A stretch of DNA of 64,000 nt from Squalus acanthias (lineage: Eukaryota): NCBI GenBank assembly GCA_030390025.1, contig CM059448.1, positions 10,106,001-10,170,000 on the forward strand, written 5' to 3'. Shown one piece after another: positions 36,040-49,803 of the stretch (position 1 is the stretch's first letter; each line of letters begins with the position of its first letter). Below the pieces are notes generated by a model. That model was not told the DNA's origin, ran no database searches, and saw only the letters and a list, made by a program, of their open reading frames with translations. Position numbers and translations under genes: made by a program.

Positions 36040-36545
36040 TTTGAAAGGAGATGCGCTTGTTGCTGAGAGTGTGTGCATGCGGCTATGCTGGGTCCAGGGT
36101 CCCTTGTCCCTTTGGGTGCCCCGGCCGGGCGCAGGATTCTACCCATGATGCTGCGCGGTCGACGCCATTCGGCTGCGCTCGGCTCCGTTCGGCTCCATTC
36201 GGCGCTCGGGGGGGATGGCCGCGGACAGGGGACTATGAGGAGGAGGAAGTGCCGGTTTGACAGCTCCCTCTTGTCTCGTACAATGAATGAAGCCAGCTCC
36301 CAGCCGCCGGCTATGCACTGAACACGAGCGGCGGCACGGTTCCCGCACAATCCCGAACATGTCATTTTTTAGGCGAAGAGGTAAGAAGAAGAAGAAGGAG
36401 GAGGAGGAGGAGAAGGAGGGCGGGTTTCCATGACAGGGAGGCGGCAGGAGCAGGCCCTGCTGCTGGGGGTAGGCCTCCCAGAGCCGGCTGCTGCCTTATA
36501 GGCAACACCCCTCCCACACAGCTCCTGCCTGACCCGTGTGGTGGA
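36040..36545 (+). promoter_or_regulatory. CpG island / promoter and 5'UTR of AKAP10
   Basis: GC- and CpG-rich segment in an AT-rich background, cggctc repeats, strong donor GAG|GTAAGA at 36380/36381. Confidence 0.8.
36287..36380 (+). CDS. AKAP10: AKAP10 (D-AKAP2) coding exon 1
   Basis: MKPAPSRRLCTEHERRHGSRTIPN-MSFFRRR(G), second ATG at 36359. Recognised from the mammalian N-terminus ...MSFFRRKVKGKEQEKTSD (recalled, not searched). Phase-1 donor. Confidence 0.8.
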
Positions 36546-37329
36546 CAACCTTTACCCACATATTATTTTCGCACTGATTTCCTGTTGATGTGCTGTACAT
36601 TCGAGTGCTTCTTTATGTATGTATGTAAGTAAAACATGTCCCTGCTCCAATTTTAAATGCAATGAATTGAACAGTTTATGCAGAGGAATTAAATTTAACC
36701 TGCGAGTTTAGAGATGGGGTACAGCAAAAACAAACTTCAGGGTCTCTGCTGTGTTTTGAAAAGAGGCAGTGTTGTTGTGTAATTCAGGCTGCTGTATTTA
36801 GTTGCTGACTGTAGTCACACTACACAGTGTTGTTATGGACTGTGTCACCTTGGCGTTGTGTAGCTTTTAAAAGAGGGGAGGGAGGGGGGAAATACAACAT
36901 GAGGTGGAGCTGACTGATGACGATAGACGTTTCAAACTCTAAGCCAACTTTTAATATTGGATTGTACAAATATTAATTCAAATTTAGCATTGGTTGCCTG
37001 TTTCTGCAATTTGCCCACCTCACTTGTGCAGGATAGAAATGAGATGTATAATTTGTGGGTTTTTTTCTTGCTTTGAATTATTTCAGTAAATTAGAGGTTT
37101 CCACATCGCAACTTATGTGCTACTAATGCTTTATATCCCAGTTAGTGATGTATTTGTTAGCTCTTGATCAGGCTGCTTGGTGGAGCACCTCAAACTAACT
37201 TGTATAACCCATACTTCAGTCAACCTTAAACAAATCTTTATTATAATTATAATATAGCTGTTCCTGGAGAAACAATAAATGCTAAAACAGCCTATCTTGG
37301 GTAGTCACTCAATACGACCGTAGATGCCA

Positions 37330-37452
37330 CAGGGCTCCTACATTACAACAGTGACTACACTTCAAAAAGTACTTCATTGGCTGTAAAGTGCTTTGGGATG
37401 TCCAGTGGTTGTGAAAGGCGCTATAGAAATGAAAGTCTTTCTCTCTTTCTTT
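37330..37452 (+). mobile_element. SINE/L2-type 3' tail fragment
   Basis: cattacaacagtgactacacttcaaaagtac...ggcgctatagaaat. Confidence 0.75.
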
Positions 37453-37649
37453 CATGAGTACAATTCTGTCCTCTATCAGTTCCTGCAGCTGTCTGTCAGA
37501 TACCACTCTTCCATTCAGATCAGTTTGCATACATGACTGTCAGTGCACTTCAGAATTAATTAATTGTATGTGAGGCACTTTGGACTATTTTTGAGAGATG
37601 TGAAAAATGCAAGTTCACGTCAATATCTTGTTTGTGTTCCTACCTATAG

Positions 37650-38040
37650 GGTCAACCTTGGCTCAGTGGCAGCACTCGCCTCTGTGTCAGAGGGTCATGG
37701 TTCAAGCCCACTCCAGAGACTTGAACACATAATCTAGGCTAGCACTTCAGTGCAATACTGAGCGGCGAGTGCTGCACTGTCGGAGGTGCCATCATTTGGA
37801 TGAGAAATTTAACCAAGGCTCCATCTGCCCCCTCAGGCGGGTGTGAAAGATCCTGTGCACTACTCGAAGAAGAGCAGGGGATTTCTTCCAGTGTTCTGGC
37901 CAACATTTATCGCTCAACCAACCACCATTTAAAAACACATTATCTAGCCATTTATCTGATTCCTGTTAGGGGATCTTGCTATGCACAACTAGGCTACCAA
38001 TTTCCCTATATTACAACAGAGACTACACCAGAAGTACTTA
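37650..38040 (+). mobile_element. Deu-domain tRNA SINE
   Basis: tggctcagtgg and ggttcaagccc boxes; gtgctgcactgtcggaggtgcc core. Confidence 0.82.
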
Positions 38041-38077
38041 ATCCAGAGAACATTAAATTGATGATAAGTTCTTTCTT

Positions 38078-38784
38078 TGTTCGCAACCTTAGTGTCGTAT
38101 TTAACCCTGAGATGAGTTCCGCCCACACATCTGATCCATCGCCAAGACTGCCTACTTCCACCTCCGTGACATCGCCCGTCTCCGTCCCTGCCTCAGCATA
38201 TCTGCTCCTGAAACGCTCATCCATGCCTTTGTTGCCTCTAGACTTGACTATTCCAACGCTCTCTTGGCCGGCCTCCCATCTTCCACCCTCCATAAACTTG
38301 AGCTCATCCAAAACTCTGCTGTCATATCCTATCTCGCACCAAGTCCCGTTCACCCATCACCCCTGTGCTTGCTGACCTGAATTGGCTCCCGGTCTGGCAT
38401 CACCTCGATTTTTGAAATTCTCATCCTTGTGTTCAAATCTCTCCATGACCTCGCCCATCCTATCTCTGTAACCTCCCAGCCCTACAACCCTCCGCGATCT
38501 CTGCGCTCCTCGGCCTCTTGCGCATCCCCGATTTTAATTGCTCCACCATTGGTGGCCATGTCTTCGGTTCCCTAGGCTCTGGAATTGCCTCCCTAAACCT
38601 CTCCGCCTCTCTCTCTCCTCCCTTGAGACGCTCCTTAAAACCTACTTCTTTGACCAAGCTTTTGGTCATCTGTTCTAATATTTCCATATGTGTCAAATTT
38701 TGTTTGGTAATGCTCCTGTGAAGTGCCTTGAGACGTTTTACTACGTTAAAGGCGCTATATAAGTGCAAATAATTGTTGTTGTTT
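38078..38784 (+). mobile_element. L2 LINE 3' fragment
   Basis: VRNLSVVFNPE...[19 protein letters not shown]; ttg tandem tail. Confidence 0.85.
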
Positions 38785-39556
38785 GCCAGCTCAGCCTTCC
38801 ACAAGGTCTTTTCCAAACTGGGACCTATTCCTTCCTCTTCCAAGAATACATATGTGCTGCCCATTGCAATCAATCTTGATGGATAGAAGATTTACAAAAA
38901 GAATACGCACTGCGTTTTAATGCACAAAAGACATTTCTTGCATTTAAATGCATGTAAAGACTCAATGTCCGTATTCCTGGAAAACATGTGCTGCCTTTAG
39001 TAAATCTAGTTCCCCAATGTTTGCGAAAACATTGCTCTTTAGTTGCAATATATTCAGTATATACGCACATTTAATAATTTTTAAGGTCTGCTTCAGCAAG
39101 CAACTTGGTGGCAGCCTGAAGTAAGAGTTTGGGAACAGTTTTTGTGCTTGGAGACGACAGGTTAGCTTCACAGTAAAATCAGCATTGCCAACGCATGTAA
39201 AAATAGCAAGCGTCGGGCCCTGCAGCAATTGCACCTCCTGTCAGTTGAACACTGAGGGGTGTTGATGTCTGTTGCTTACTCATCCACCCTCGCAGTTGAA
39301 AATGTATTTTGTATTTTTCCAGAAAATTGCTGGATTATGTTAACTTCTTGTGTATAGTTGATTACACTATATAACAGGTACTTTTTTGGGGGGGAGTGGG
39401 TGGTGGAGAGCAGACAGTAACTTTGTGAACACTTGTATATGCTGGTCAGTAAACAGGGCTTTACCTAACCTAGCAACACAATTTATTTTGAATTATTTTT
39501 GTGACTAAATATATTTCTTGTGAGCAAGGGTGTTAAAAATCATAAGAGTCAGTGAC

Positions 39557-40420
39557 TTTTTTTATTTGTTCATGGGATGTGGGCGTCGCTGGTAAGGCCA
39601 GCATTTATTGCCCATCCCCAATTGCCCTTGAGAAGGTGGTAGTGAGCTGCTGCCTTGAACTGCTGCAGTCCTTGTGGTGAAGGTACTCCCACAGTGCTGT
39701 TAGGGAGGCTGTTCCTAGATTTTTGACCCAGCGACGATGAAGGAACGGCGATATATTTCCAAGTCAGGATGGTGTGCAATTTGGAGGGGAACTTACAGGT
39801 GATGGTGTTGCCATGCACTTGCTGCCCTTGTCCTTCTAGGTGGTAGAGGTTGCGGGTTTGGGAGGTGCTGCTGAAGAAGCCTTGGTGAGCTGCTGCAGTG
39901 CATCTTGTAGATGGTACACACTGCAGCCACGGTACACCGGTGGTGGAGGGAGTGAATGTTTAAGGTGGTGGATGGGGGTGCCAATCAAGCGGGCTGCTTT
40001 GTCCTGGATGGTGTCGAGCTTCTTGAGTGTTGTTGGAGTTGCACTCATCCAGGCAAATGGAGAATATTCCATCACACTCCTTACTTGTGCCTTGTAGATG
40101 GTGGAAAAGCTTTGGGGAGTCAGGAGGTGAGTCATTCGCCGCAGAATACCCAGCTTCTGACCTGCTCTTGTAGCCACAGTATTTATGTGGCTGGTCCAGT
40201 TAAGTTTCTGGTCAATGGTGACCCCCAGGATGTTGATGGTGGGGGATTCGGCGATGGTAATGCCGTTGAATGTCAAGGGGAGGTGGTTAGACTCTCGCTT
40301 GTTGGAGATAATCATTGCCTGGCATTCTTCTGTGGCGCGAATGTTACCTGCCACTTATCAGCCCAAGCCTGAATGTCATCCAGGTCTTGCTGCATTTGGG
40401 CATGGACTGCTTCATTATCT
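39557..40420 (-). mobile_element. Poly(A)-tailed CR1/L2-group LINE fragment
   Basis: INILGVTIDQKLNWTSHI...YKAQVRSVMEYSPFAW. Confidence 0.87.
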
Positions 40421-40479
40421 GCTATGTGACTGCTTCACATTTGATCTTTTGTTATTTATTTATATATATATTTTTTTGT

Positions 40480-40760
40480 ATATATCTCTTGCTTTGTATA
40501 ATCATTCCTTTTGTCATTTATTCACTGCTGCCTTCCACCCTATCACAGACCTACCCTTTTGTTCTTTCCTCCCCATCCCGCTTTCCCTGCCTCTGCACTT
40601 GCTTAAAACCTGTCATATCTCTAACTTTTTCCAGTTTTGACAAAAGGTCATCAACCTGAAACGTTAACTCTGTTTCTCTCTCCACAGAGTGCGCCCGAGT
40701 GTTTCCAGCATTTTCTGTTTTTATTTCAGATTTCCAGCATCTGCAGTATTTTGCTTTTGT
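40480..40760 (+). mobile_element. Penelope pseudo-LTR fragment (family A) with decayed hammerhead
   Basis: Homologous to 860-1130; core at 40633-40669 mutated to TTGACAA while stems and GAAACGTT remain. Confidence 0.8.
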
Positions 40761-41264
40761 CTATATTTATGTTTGTGTATATGTTTTATTTTCACTAGTT
40801 GTCTACTATAATTGACATAGAAGGAAAGAGTGTTGAATTATTTAAGATAGATAAGTGTAAACCTAAATAAGCAGTATTCAAGATGGATGCATAAGGCAAT
40901 TAAATAGGAATAAAAGAGATAAAGAAAAGGTACAATGATTACAAGAAATAAGAGTGGGCGAACTCTGGGAGGAACATAGGAATTAGTGAAACAGGTTAAA
41001 AGAGGTCTTTGAGGTGAGAACTAAATATGTTGAGGCTGTAGTGTCCTTCCAGTATCACTGCAGTAAAGGAGTAATGAGCAAGGAAGTTAGAATTCTAAAG
41101 TAAAATTGGTGAGACCGTAGTTAAAATATTAAGTGAATACTTTCTAGGAGTATTTGACCAACAGGATAATATTAACTTGCTATTCAATTTTTGTAGTACT
41201 GTATTCCCAATATCCTAGAGGCCTTTGAGGTCTGTGTGAAAGGAGCACTTGAGGGACTCACCTA

Positions 41265-41562
41265 ACACCTCCCAAACCTGCAACCTCTACCAGCTAGAAG
41301 GACAAAGGCAGCATGCGCATGGGAACACCATCACCTCCAGGTTCCCCTTCCATCCTGACTTGGAAATATATCGCCGTTCCTTCATCGTCGCTGGGTCAAT
41401 ATCCTGGAACTCCCTACCTAACAGCACTGTGGGAGCACCTTCACCACACGGACTGCTGCGGTTCAAGGCGGCAGCTCGCCACCACCTTTTCGAGGACAAT
41501 TCGGGATGGGCGATAAATGCTGGCCTTGCCAGCGACGTCCGCATCCCGTGAACGAATAAAAA
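41265..41562 (+). mobile_element. 3' fragment of the poly(A)-tailed LINE family
   Basis: Homologous to 29826-30080. Confidence 0.83.
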
Positions 41563-42944
41563 ACCCCAACAAATCCCTAGGGCCATTTGTGGGGTGTGGC
41601 TATTGGCATGAGGGAATGTTTGGGCACTAGTGAGGTTATATCTCTGTTTAAAAAGATGACGCATCTGACCAAGGCCACTACAGGCTCATTTGTCTAAATA
41701 GCACGTAACAGTAGCTAATCTAAGGGGGAAGCTGGAGCAATTGATGGCTTTCTGTGATTAATACATTTTCATAGAATCCATCCCAACTCTGTGTTTGGTT
41801 TTTATTGCACTGATTCCCCCTAGTTCTCCCATCCATATAAAGCTCAAATAACCTATCCAACCAAACAGTATTATTACCATCATCTTTTTAAAAACCTGAG
41901 TCTGCACTTCTCCAATAATCCTCCCCTCCCCATGGGTCCGGTTATCGCAGTGCTTTCTAACCTGCTGGACCTGAATTGCTGTACTTGGTCTTGACTTCCT
42001 GTGTGTAGTGCCACTGGAGGTTGACAACTATAAAACCTTACTTTCCTCTCCAATTCGTGTAAATGAACACAATCAATCCCAATAGTAAAGGGGGTGATCT
42101 GCGAGTAGAGACTAGAGAAGCTCAAGCTGCACACTCTAGAGAGACTGCAGTTAAGGGAGGACTTCGTTAAGGTCTTTAAAATATTAAATAGCGCGGAAAA
42201 TGTAAATCCTGAAACTTGCTTCAAACTAATCCAGCAAAGCAGAGCCAAATGATGTAAATTTAAACCAAATATTAAGAACTACTTTGCTTCAGGAGTGATA
42301 AATGGTTGCAGTAGTCGACCAGATGCTAGAAAATGAGGGATGAGCTTCAATGGCAGAATGGTCTTTGTGTCCTTGACTTCTTATGTTCTTATGAAATTGG
42401 TACATTGACGACGTCAGCACATACTGCAGAACGTTTTAGCATCTGATGCATGGTGAAGGTATGACGTAGAACCGCTCAAGGCAGCTGCTTCACAGATATA
42501 GTACACCATGATCTTGGGGCTATGTCTGTCACTGTTAATACTGTGATTGGTGGATGATCCAAGCAGAAAAGCACAATTTTCACAATAGATAGGATTGTGC
42601 ATATATTAAATGATAGAGGATCTTGCCGGGGTTAACCTTGTTATTTTCTCTTTTCTCATTTGCAAATTTCCCCTTGCCAGAGGCAAGTCGTACGTGAACT
42701 ACCCGCCCTCGAGTCTCCATCAACATCGCTGTTGATCTTGCTGCCAAGATATGTGTGAAAATGCCTTGTGATGGCTTACAGTTGTTGTTTTTCTTCCTTT
42801 CTTCTCCTTAGCTTCATCATTTGGGGGCAAAGCAGTTGGCCTCTGGTTCATACCTCTCTGGAAGGCATAGCTGCGATTGGGAATTTGCTTTGTGGCCACA
42901 AAGTTGCATCCTAGCATTGTCACAATACACTCAATATGATGTAT

Positions 42945-43530
42945 CATAAGAACATAAGAAATCGGAGCAGGAGTAGGCCATCTGGCCCTTTGAGCCTGCT
43001 CCGCCATTCAATAAGATCATGGCTGATCATCTTCCTCATCTCCACATTCCTGCACTATCCCCATATCCCTTGATTCCCTTAACATTCAAAAATCTATCGA
43101 TCTCTGTCTTGAATAAACTCAACCACTGAGCCGCCACAACCCTCTGGGGTAGAGAATTCCAAAAACTCATCATTCTCTGAGTGAAGAAATTTCTCCTCAT
43201 CTCAGTCCTAAATGGCCGACCCCTTATTCTGAGACTGTGAACCCTGGTTCTAGACTCCCCAGCCAGGGGAAACATCCTCCCTGCATCGACCCTGTCAAGC
43301 CCTGTAAGAATTGTGTATGTTTCAATGAGATCACCTCTCATTCTTCTAAACTCTAGAGAATATAGGCCTAGTCTACTCAATCTCTCCTCCATAGGACAAT
43401 CCCCCATCCCAGGAACCAGTCTGGTGAACCTTTGTTGCACTCCCTCTATGGCAAGTATATCCTTCCTTAGGTAAGGAGACCAAATCTGTACACAATACTC
43501 CAGGTGTGGTCTCGCCGGGGCCTTATATAA
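42945..43530 (-). mobile_element. CR1 3' fragment
   Basis: QRFTRLVPGM...EFRRMRGDLIETY...MRRNFFTQR; cataagaa tandem tail. Confidence 0.88.
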
Positions 43531-46453
43531 CAGTATCGTGACACTGTGTGGGGAATAAGATGTTTATATGGAAAATGTAATTGACCTGGTTAGGGTTCTG
43601 CTGCTTTGAGATAAAAGTTGTTTTTTTTGGTGGGGGTGGGGGGGCAGTGGTGAAGATCTAAACAAATACCTGCTGAGATTGTTGTAAACTAATAGGCCAA
43701 AAAAAACCCAAATCTGCCGTAATGAAGTTATTACTGTTTTAAAAAAAAAAACCCAGAAAACTTTGTTTCTAAAGTTCCATGGCCTCATAACATGCAGGTT
43801 CTTGAATGCTGTCGCACAGCTATTTCTGAATATTTTTACATCTGTCATAATTGCAAAATAATGGCAATCAGTTGGGATGGAGTCTGTTTTGGGAGCCACA
43901 GATTGTGCTACAACCTGCTGTTATTGATCCACTTTTGAGCCCATCTAGCACAGTCTTTAGTAAAAACCCAGGATTTCCCCCTCCCTCTTTTTCCTTCCCC
44001 CATCAGAGCATGTAACTATCTCTTGAATAATTCCAGAGCTTGTCTCCGCCAGCTTACCTATAAGACCATTCCAGGCAATCTCACTCTTTGTGAAGAATTG
44101 CTTCCTGACAGAACCCTCATCTTCTCTCTTACCAGTTTTTTACCTACGTCCCCTTGTTCTCTTGTCGTCATTTAATTATTGTAACAGTGCTCACGATTAA
44201 CCTTTTCTATTACAATTAGCAGCTTATACTTTAATAAGATTCCCTTTCATCTGCCTCATTTTAATACCAAAGAGTCTGGGCCCTAGACCTATTCTTGTGC
44301 TGAAGTTTTTGATAAGTAGTGTGTCAGTGTAGCTGATGCCGTGCATGTGAATTTCATGAAAGGAGCCATGTTGCTGTACAGTTGTCTGAGGTCGACTCTC
44401 TACCTTTCATGGGAAACCTAGGTTGAGTATTGCAGCAGTTTAGACGCTTACTTCACGTATTTGCAGCTGTATCTTCAAGTTCCAGGTTACAGTAACACTG
44501 GAATCAAGTAGCCACATATCCATAAGTTTTGCCAGTATCCAGTTGTGTGTTACTGCTGCAAAGTGTTATTCCCGTAAAGCAGTAGAACCTGAGGCACTCC
44601 ATTTTGTACCTTACTTGTCATGCTCCCTGATGGTTGAGCAAGAAGTAACATTAATGGCATAAATTGTTGAGTCTGTCATGCAAGGAGGCTTGAGGGAATG
44701 TAAACATAATGTGGGTGGAAATAAAAGTAAGGAAATGGAGAATCTATGCTACAGTATTTAAAACTGGATAACGCCCACAGGAGCTTTATCTCGTATTCTT
44801 TAATCAATGCGAGCATATGAAAATGACAGATAGGGAAAGGACCAGCTGGTCCATCAAGCCTGCTCCACACTCACGATGCCTGGAGCATCCTGACTAGATG
44901 TTCCCCCTCTCCCACAGCCATGTAATCTCCTGGGCGAGGCAAGAAAACAAGAGAAAAAACTCTGGAAAATTCCTCTCCGACCCCCTCAGGCGATCAAAGT
45001 CAGTCAAGGAGATCTAGCAATGAATTAAAACAATGAATAGGTCCAAAGCACATGCACATTGAATGCTATGAAGGGGGAGGGGTGCATAGGATACTGCATG
45101 CTAGCAGGCAGTTGCATTTGTGGCTTGAATTTAAACCGAAAGTAATTGTTGCCATCAAAATATAAACGGAACCAGGAGCAGGGCATCAAAGACAAAGACT
45201 CATCTTGAAGCCGAGGACAATCTGAGGCTCGTTCATACGAACAATGACGGAAAGGTAAAGACCCTTTGGTCCATCGAGCCTGTTCCTCAAACCGGTATCT
45301 CTGGGAAGATAGGACAGAGAGAGTTGCCTCTTAAAGTACTCCAGAAATACTTATCCCCAGACATTATTAGAGATTGGACTGATGGGAACTGAAACCGGGG
45401 AGTAAATGATGCTGAAGTAGAAGAGTCATTTGCAAGGTCTGATGGAAAAGCTACTAAGCAGACTCATTTAAATTCTCATGGAGACAACTTGGGAAAGGTG
45501 GAAAACTGCTGTATTAAGAGGAGGCTTGGTGAGGAGGGGTTGGTGGGTAAGAAACCCGAGACAAATAAGGTACTAGGACAAGCTTAGTAACGAAAGCAAT
45601 TGGAGAAGAAAGCAAAAGAGCGTGATTTGAGTTGGGAAAAGAAAGGAACACACACAAATAAGATAAAACTGACTTGGTGAATGAAATACAAATACTTTCT
45701 TGATATGTTTGATTCAAATTATTGAACCAGAATAATTTTTTATTCCTTCATTTTTTCATTGTCTCCATGATCATATATGGCATTATTCTTTCATAGGGGT
45801 ATCATTATGTACACCATTTATAAAAAAAAGAATGGGTGAATTTTTTGCTCTCTTCGAGATATTCATGTGGGATAATGGAATGATCATTCCCAGGTGAGGT
45901 TTAGCATGGGTTAGGTGCAGAATTAAGCTTCCTGTCGGCTTCTCCCACGGAGCAGCCTAAACAGAATTGTGGCAGTCTGAATTTTTCGATTTTTAAAAAA
46001 ATTTATTTAAAATTTTTTTTTATTGGCGCAGTATACAGTACTTAGTGAAATTATGGTGTAAAATTTTCTTACCACACCCATTCAAATTTATTATGGTGGC
46101 TTTTTTTGATTTTATTCAGTTATGCCAAGTTTTAAAAGAAAGCAATATTTGTATATGAAAGGCTGCAGCAAGCCATTGTTGAATCAACACATCAGTTTGT
46201 GCTATGTGGTGTTTACAAGAAAATAGAAGTCCCGCTGGTGAACATCTTGGATTTATCCCCTCACGGAGAGTTTGGTAAAGTATGATTTCGATGTTTGAGT
46301 TAGTGTGTTTACAACAGAGTGAAAGTGCACGTGTCAGTTGTAAATTTCATCCAATTAATTGCACCCAATTGTGAAAGATTGTAAGATTGACATTGATAAT
46401 CTGCATAGGTTGAAAACTACTGTGTGATGTGACTGTTGCAAAGTAATTGTTAC

Positions 46454-47414
46454 AGTAGGCTCCCGAGGTATGGAAAGTGGTCCACGTTGTCCAAGGCCTT
46501 GTCATGGATTTTGATAATCGGGGGGCAGTACTGTGTGGCGGGGGCAGGTTGGTAGAGGACCTTTGTCTTACGGATGTTTAGTGTAAGGCCCATGCTATCG
46601 TACGCTTTGGTGAAGGTGTTAACGATGGTTTGGAGTTCGACCTCTGAGTGTGCGCAGACGCAAGCGTCGTCTGCATACTGTAATTCGACAACAGAGGAAG
46701 GGACGACCTTGGATCTGGACTGGAGGCGACGGAGGTTGAACAGTTTCCCGTTTGTTCTGTAAATTAACTCCACTCCAGCGGGGAGCTTACTGAGGGTGAG
46801 ATGGAGCATTGCCGCAAGGAAGATCGAGAAGAGCGTTGGTGCGATGACACAGCCTTGCTTGACCCCGGTCCGTACATGAATTGGGTCTGTGGTGGAACCG
46901 TTGGTCAGGATCACGGCTTGCATGTCGTCGTGAAGCAGGAGGAGGATGCTGACAAACTTTTGAGGGCAGCCAAATTTGAGGAGGACACTCCATAATCCCT
47001 CACAGTTGACCGTGTCAAAGGCCTTTGTGAGGTCAAAGAAGGCCATGTACAGCGGCTGGTGCTGTTCCCTGCATTTCTCTTGTAATTGGCGCGTGGTGAA
47101 GATCATGTCCATTGCGCCCCTTAGTGGGCGGAATCCACATTGCGACTCTGGGAGGAGCTCTTCAGCCACTGGGAGAAGGTGATTGAGGTGGATTCTTGCG
47201 ATGACTTTCCCTGTGGCAGACAGCAGGGAAACTCCTCTGTAATTACCGCAATCGGACTTGTCACCTTTCTTGAAGATGGTCACAATTACGGCATCTCCGA
47301 GATCCCCTGGCATGCTCTCCTCCTTCCAGATAAGAGAAATTAGTTCATGAATTCGTGCCAGTAGTGCTTTTCCGCCATGCTTTAGTGCCTCGGCAGGGAT
47401 TCCATCTACTCCTG
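46454..47414 (-). mobile_element. RTE-clade LINE internal RT fragment, open frame
   Basis: GVDGIPAE, NYRGVSLLS, ESQCGFR, FFDLTKAFD, GVKQGCVIAPTLF, QYADD, FPYLGS; both ends missing. Confidence 0.9.
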
Positions 47415-47927
47415 AAATTACAAGAAATTTTGTTAAAAAGGAAGTAAAACTACGGTCGGAAGTCGAAAGAAAATTTAGCAGTGAAAAGTGGCTTTGAGTT
47501 AGAGTTGTGGTATATTGTACCATGGGCATTAAGGATTTGTTTTGCTTCTGATTTTCTCGCCTGGTTAGTTTGCAGTTTCAGCAGGCACATCTAGGTTGAG
47601 ACATCAAGGAGAGATGAGGTAATTTCACAGAGGAGATGCAGTCTTAATATAGTAGAGAGTTGAGGTTTTAGGCCACTGGATTAATCATGATTATGCAATA
47701 AACCACATTACTGAACAGTAGTATGAAAAAGCAACAATAATAAACGTCTTTTTTGAATGTATGGTTTGTTAGGCATATGTATTTCTTCTTTTGGGATTAT
47801 CCTGTGGCTGTTGTAAATTGCCTGAGGATATTCTGTGCTGCTGCTCAAACCGGCTTTGCAAAGTTCCTTTATAAATTCCCCAAATATATTTGGTTTTAGA
47901 ATTGTTACATTGGAGCTTGTACAGTAA

Positions 47928-48142
47928 AGAAAGAAAGTCTTGCATTTATATAGCGCCTTTAACGACCACCGGACGTCCCAAAGCGCTTTACAACCAATTA
48001 AGTACTTTTGGAGTGTAGTCACTGTTGTAATGTGGGAAACGCGGCAGCCAATTTGCGCACAGCAAGCTCCCACAAACAGCAGTGTGATAATGACCAGATA
48101 ATCTCTTTTTATTGTGTTGATTGAGGGATAAATATTGGTCCG
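47928..48142 (-). mobile_element. Deu-SINE 3' half
   Basis: rc homologous to 60360-60562. Confidence 0.8.
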
Positions 48143-49444
48143 TACATTCGAAGATGTTAAGTGGAGCCATTTAAAAGTAAAATCGGGGTTCCCATCAAAT
48201 TGCGATGCTTGCCCTCCAGTGGGGAGCTAACATCTAACCTTGGCTTTTGTCCATCAAATGGACATAATGTGAAATGAAAGGCCACCCCTCCAGATAGAAC
48301 TTCCAGTTAAAAGAGCTGCTGCCAGTTGCTTGATAATATTGGCTGGCTGCTATGCCTGGCACCACAATTTCATTACCGAAAGGAAGAGAAAGTAGTTGTG
48401 ACCTTTGTTTTGTTTTTCCTCAAGTGAAATGCAGCATCATTTAAAGGTGCTTTGGTGACTGAAGTATTTTGTCTGGTTTGTAGCACGAGGAGTGACGGAG
48501 TAATGAGATTCGAGTACTTGACACCAATGTGTTGCTAATTGTGAAACTTGGTAAAATCATTTGAAATACTGACTGGGGGGGGGGGGGGGAATAAAGTTTC
48601 ACAAAGTTCATGTTGCAACATTTGTCAGCATCTGCAGTGGAAAATTTCTTGCCGAGGCTAGCAGCTTTTGGAACACATCTTTCTTCTTGTTCAGGAGCAC
48701 TGCCAACCAGAACCTGGCCATGTGGCGACATCGCCCCTTTTTTGAAAAATAAGTGATTTTTCTTTTCGGGGGGGATGGATGTATCTGCTCAGTGTGATGA
48801 TGTTGCTGTGAAATGGCCATGTTTCCTGCTGAATAAATGTACAGGTGCTTTCCACTCGATGGAGTGCCATTGACAGCAGATGCATGGTGTCCCTGCCACT
48901 GTGCGCACTCATGAATGATCTGACCACCACTGATCCAATGATATTGCAACCCAGGCGTTTGTTGGTGCTGTAATCTCCCATTGGATTGATTGCGTTTAAT
49001 GAGCCAGGAAAGGGAGGTACTGAGCCGATTACGTGCATCTGCTCGATTGTGTCAGACCGTTTGGGATTAATGCCGTTGACTCTGAAGGTACCAGCGAAAC
49101 CCATTTCTTTAGGTAGGTCATGCAGCTTTTGGTGGCAGCAATGCTGCCGTGTTTATTTACTGTACTGCCCCCAAAATCGGGGCTGCCATTTGCATAGTGC
49201 AATAAAGCAAATGTGTGTTAATTAAGACTGTTGGTTTGTGCCAAATAATGGCAGAGGTGAAAAAACAATATTCCAACCCCCTGAGCCAGCCCGTCAGTTC
49301 CCCTGATACCACCTCTATAAAGATCCAAAATAAACAGCCTGTGATGTCTCTCAACTGGAAATGTGACTCTGGTTTAGTATATATGATGGAAAGGGCTAAA
49401 TTAAAGGTGCAGCAATGTTTTGTACTAGATGCTGAAACCTTTTT

Positions 49445-49803
49445 ACATCAAATTACATAATCTACAGCATACAAACTGGCCATTCGGCCCAATTGGTCTA
49501 TGCTGGCGTTTATGCTCCACACGAGCCTCCTCCCACCCCTCTTGATCTAACCCTATCAGCATATCCTTCTATTCCTGTCTCCCTCATGTGCTTATCTAGC
49601 TTCCCCTTAAATGCATCCATGCTATTTGCCTCAACTACTCCTTGTGGTGGCGAGTACCACATTCTTCCCACTTTTTGGGTGAAGAAGTTTCTTCTGAATT
49701 CCCTATTAGATTTATCGATGACTGTCTTATATTTAGGGCCCCTAGTTTTTGGGGAAACAAGTGGCAACGTCTCTACATCTACCCTATCAAACCCTTTCAT
49801 CAT
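49445..49803 (-). mobile_element. CR1 3' fragment
   Basis: MKGFDRVD...REFRRNFFTQKVGRMW; same family as 12522-14513. Confidence 0.85.

Noticed and set aside
35949-36365. Antisense 138-aa ORF and other ORFs over the CpG island
   Set aside because: GC-rich sequence lacks stops; no recognisable domain. The region is explained by the AKAP10 promoter and 5'UTR.
40633-40669. Active hammerhead
   Set aside because: The core has decayed (TTGACAA instead of CTGANGA). The copies at 24481, 50917 and 59335 also carry core lesions.
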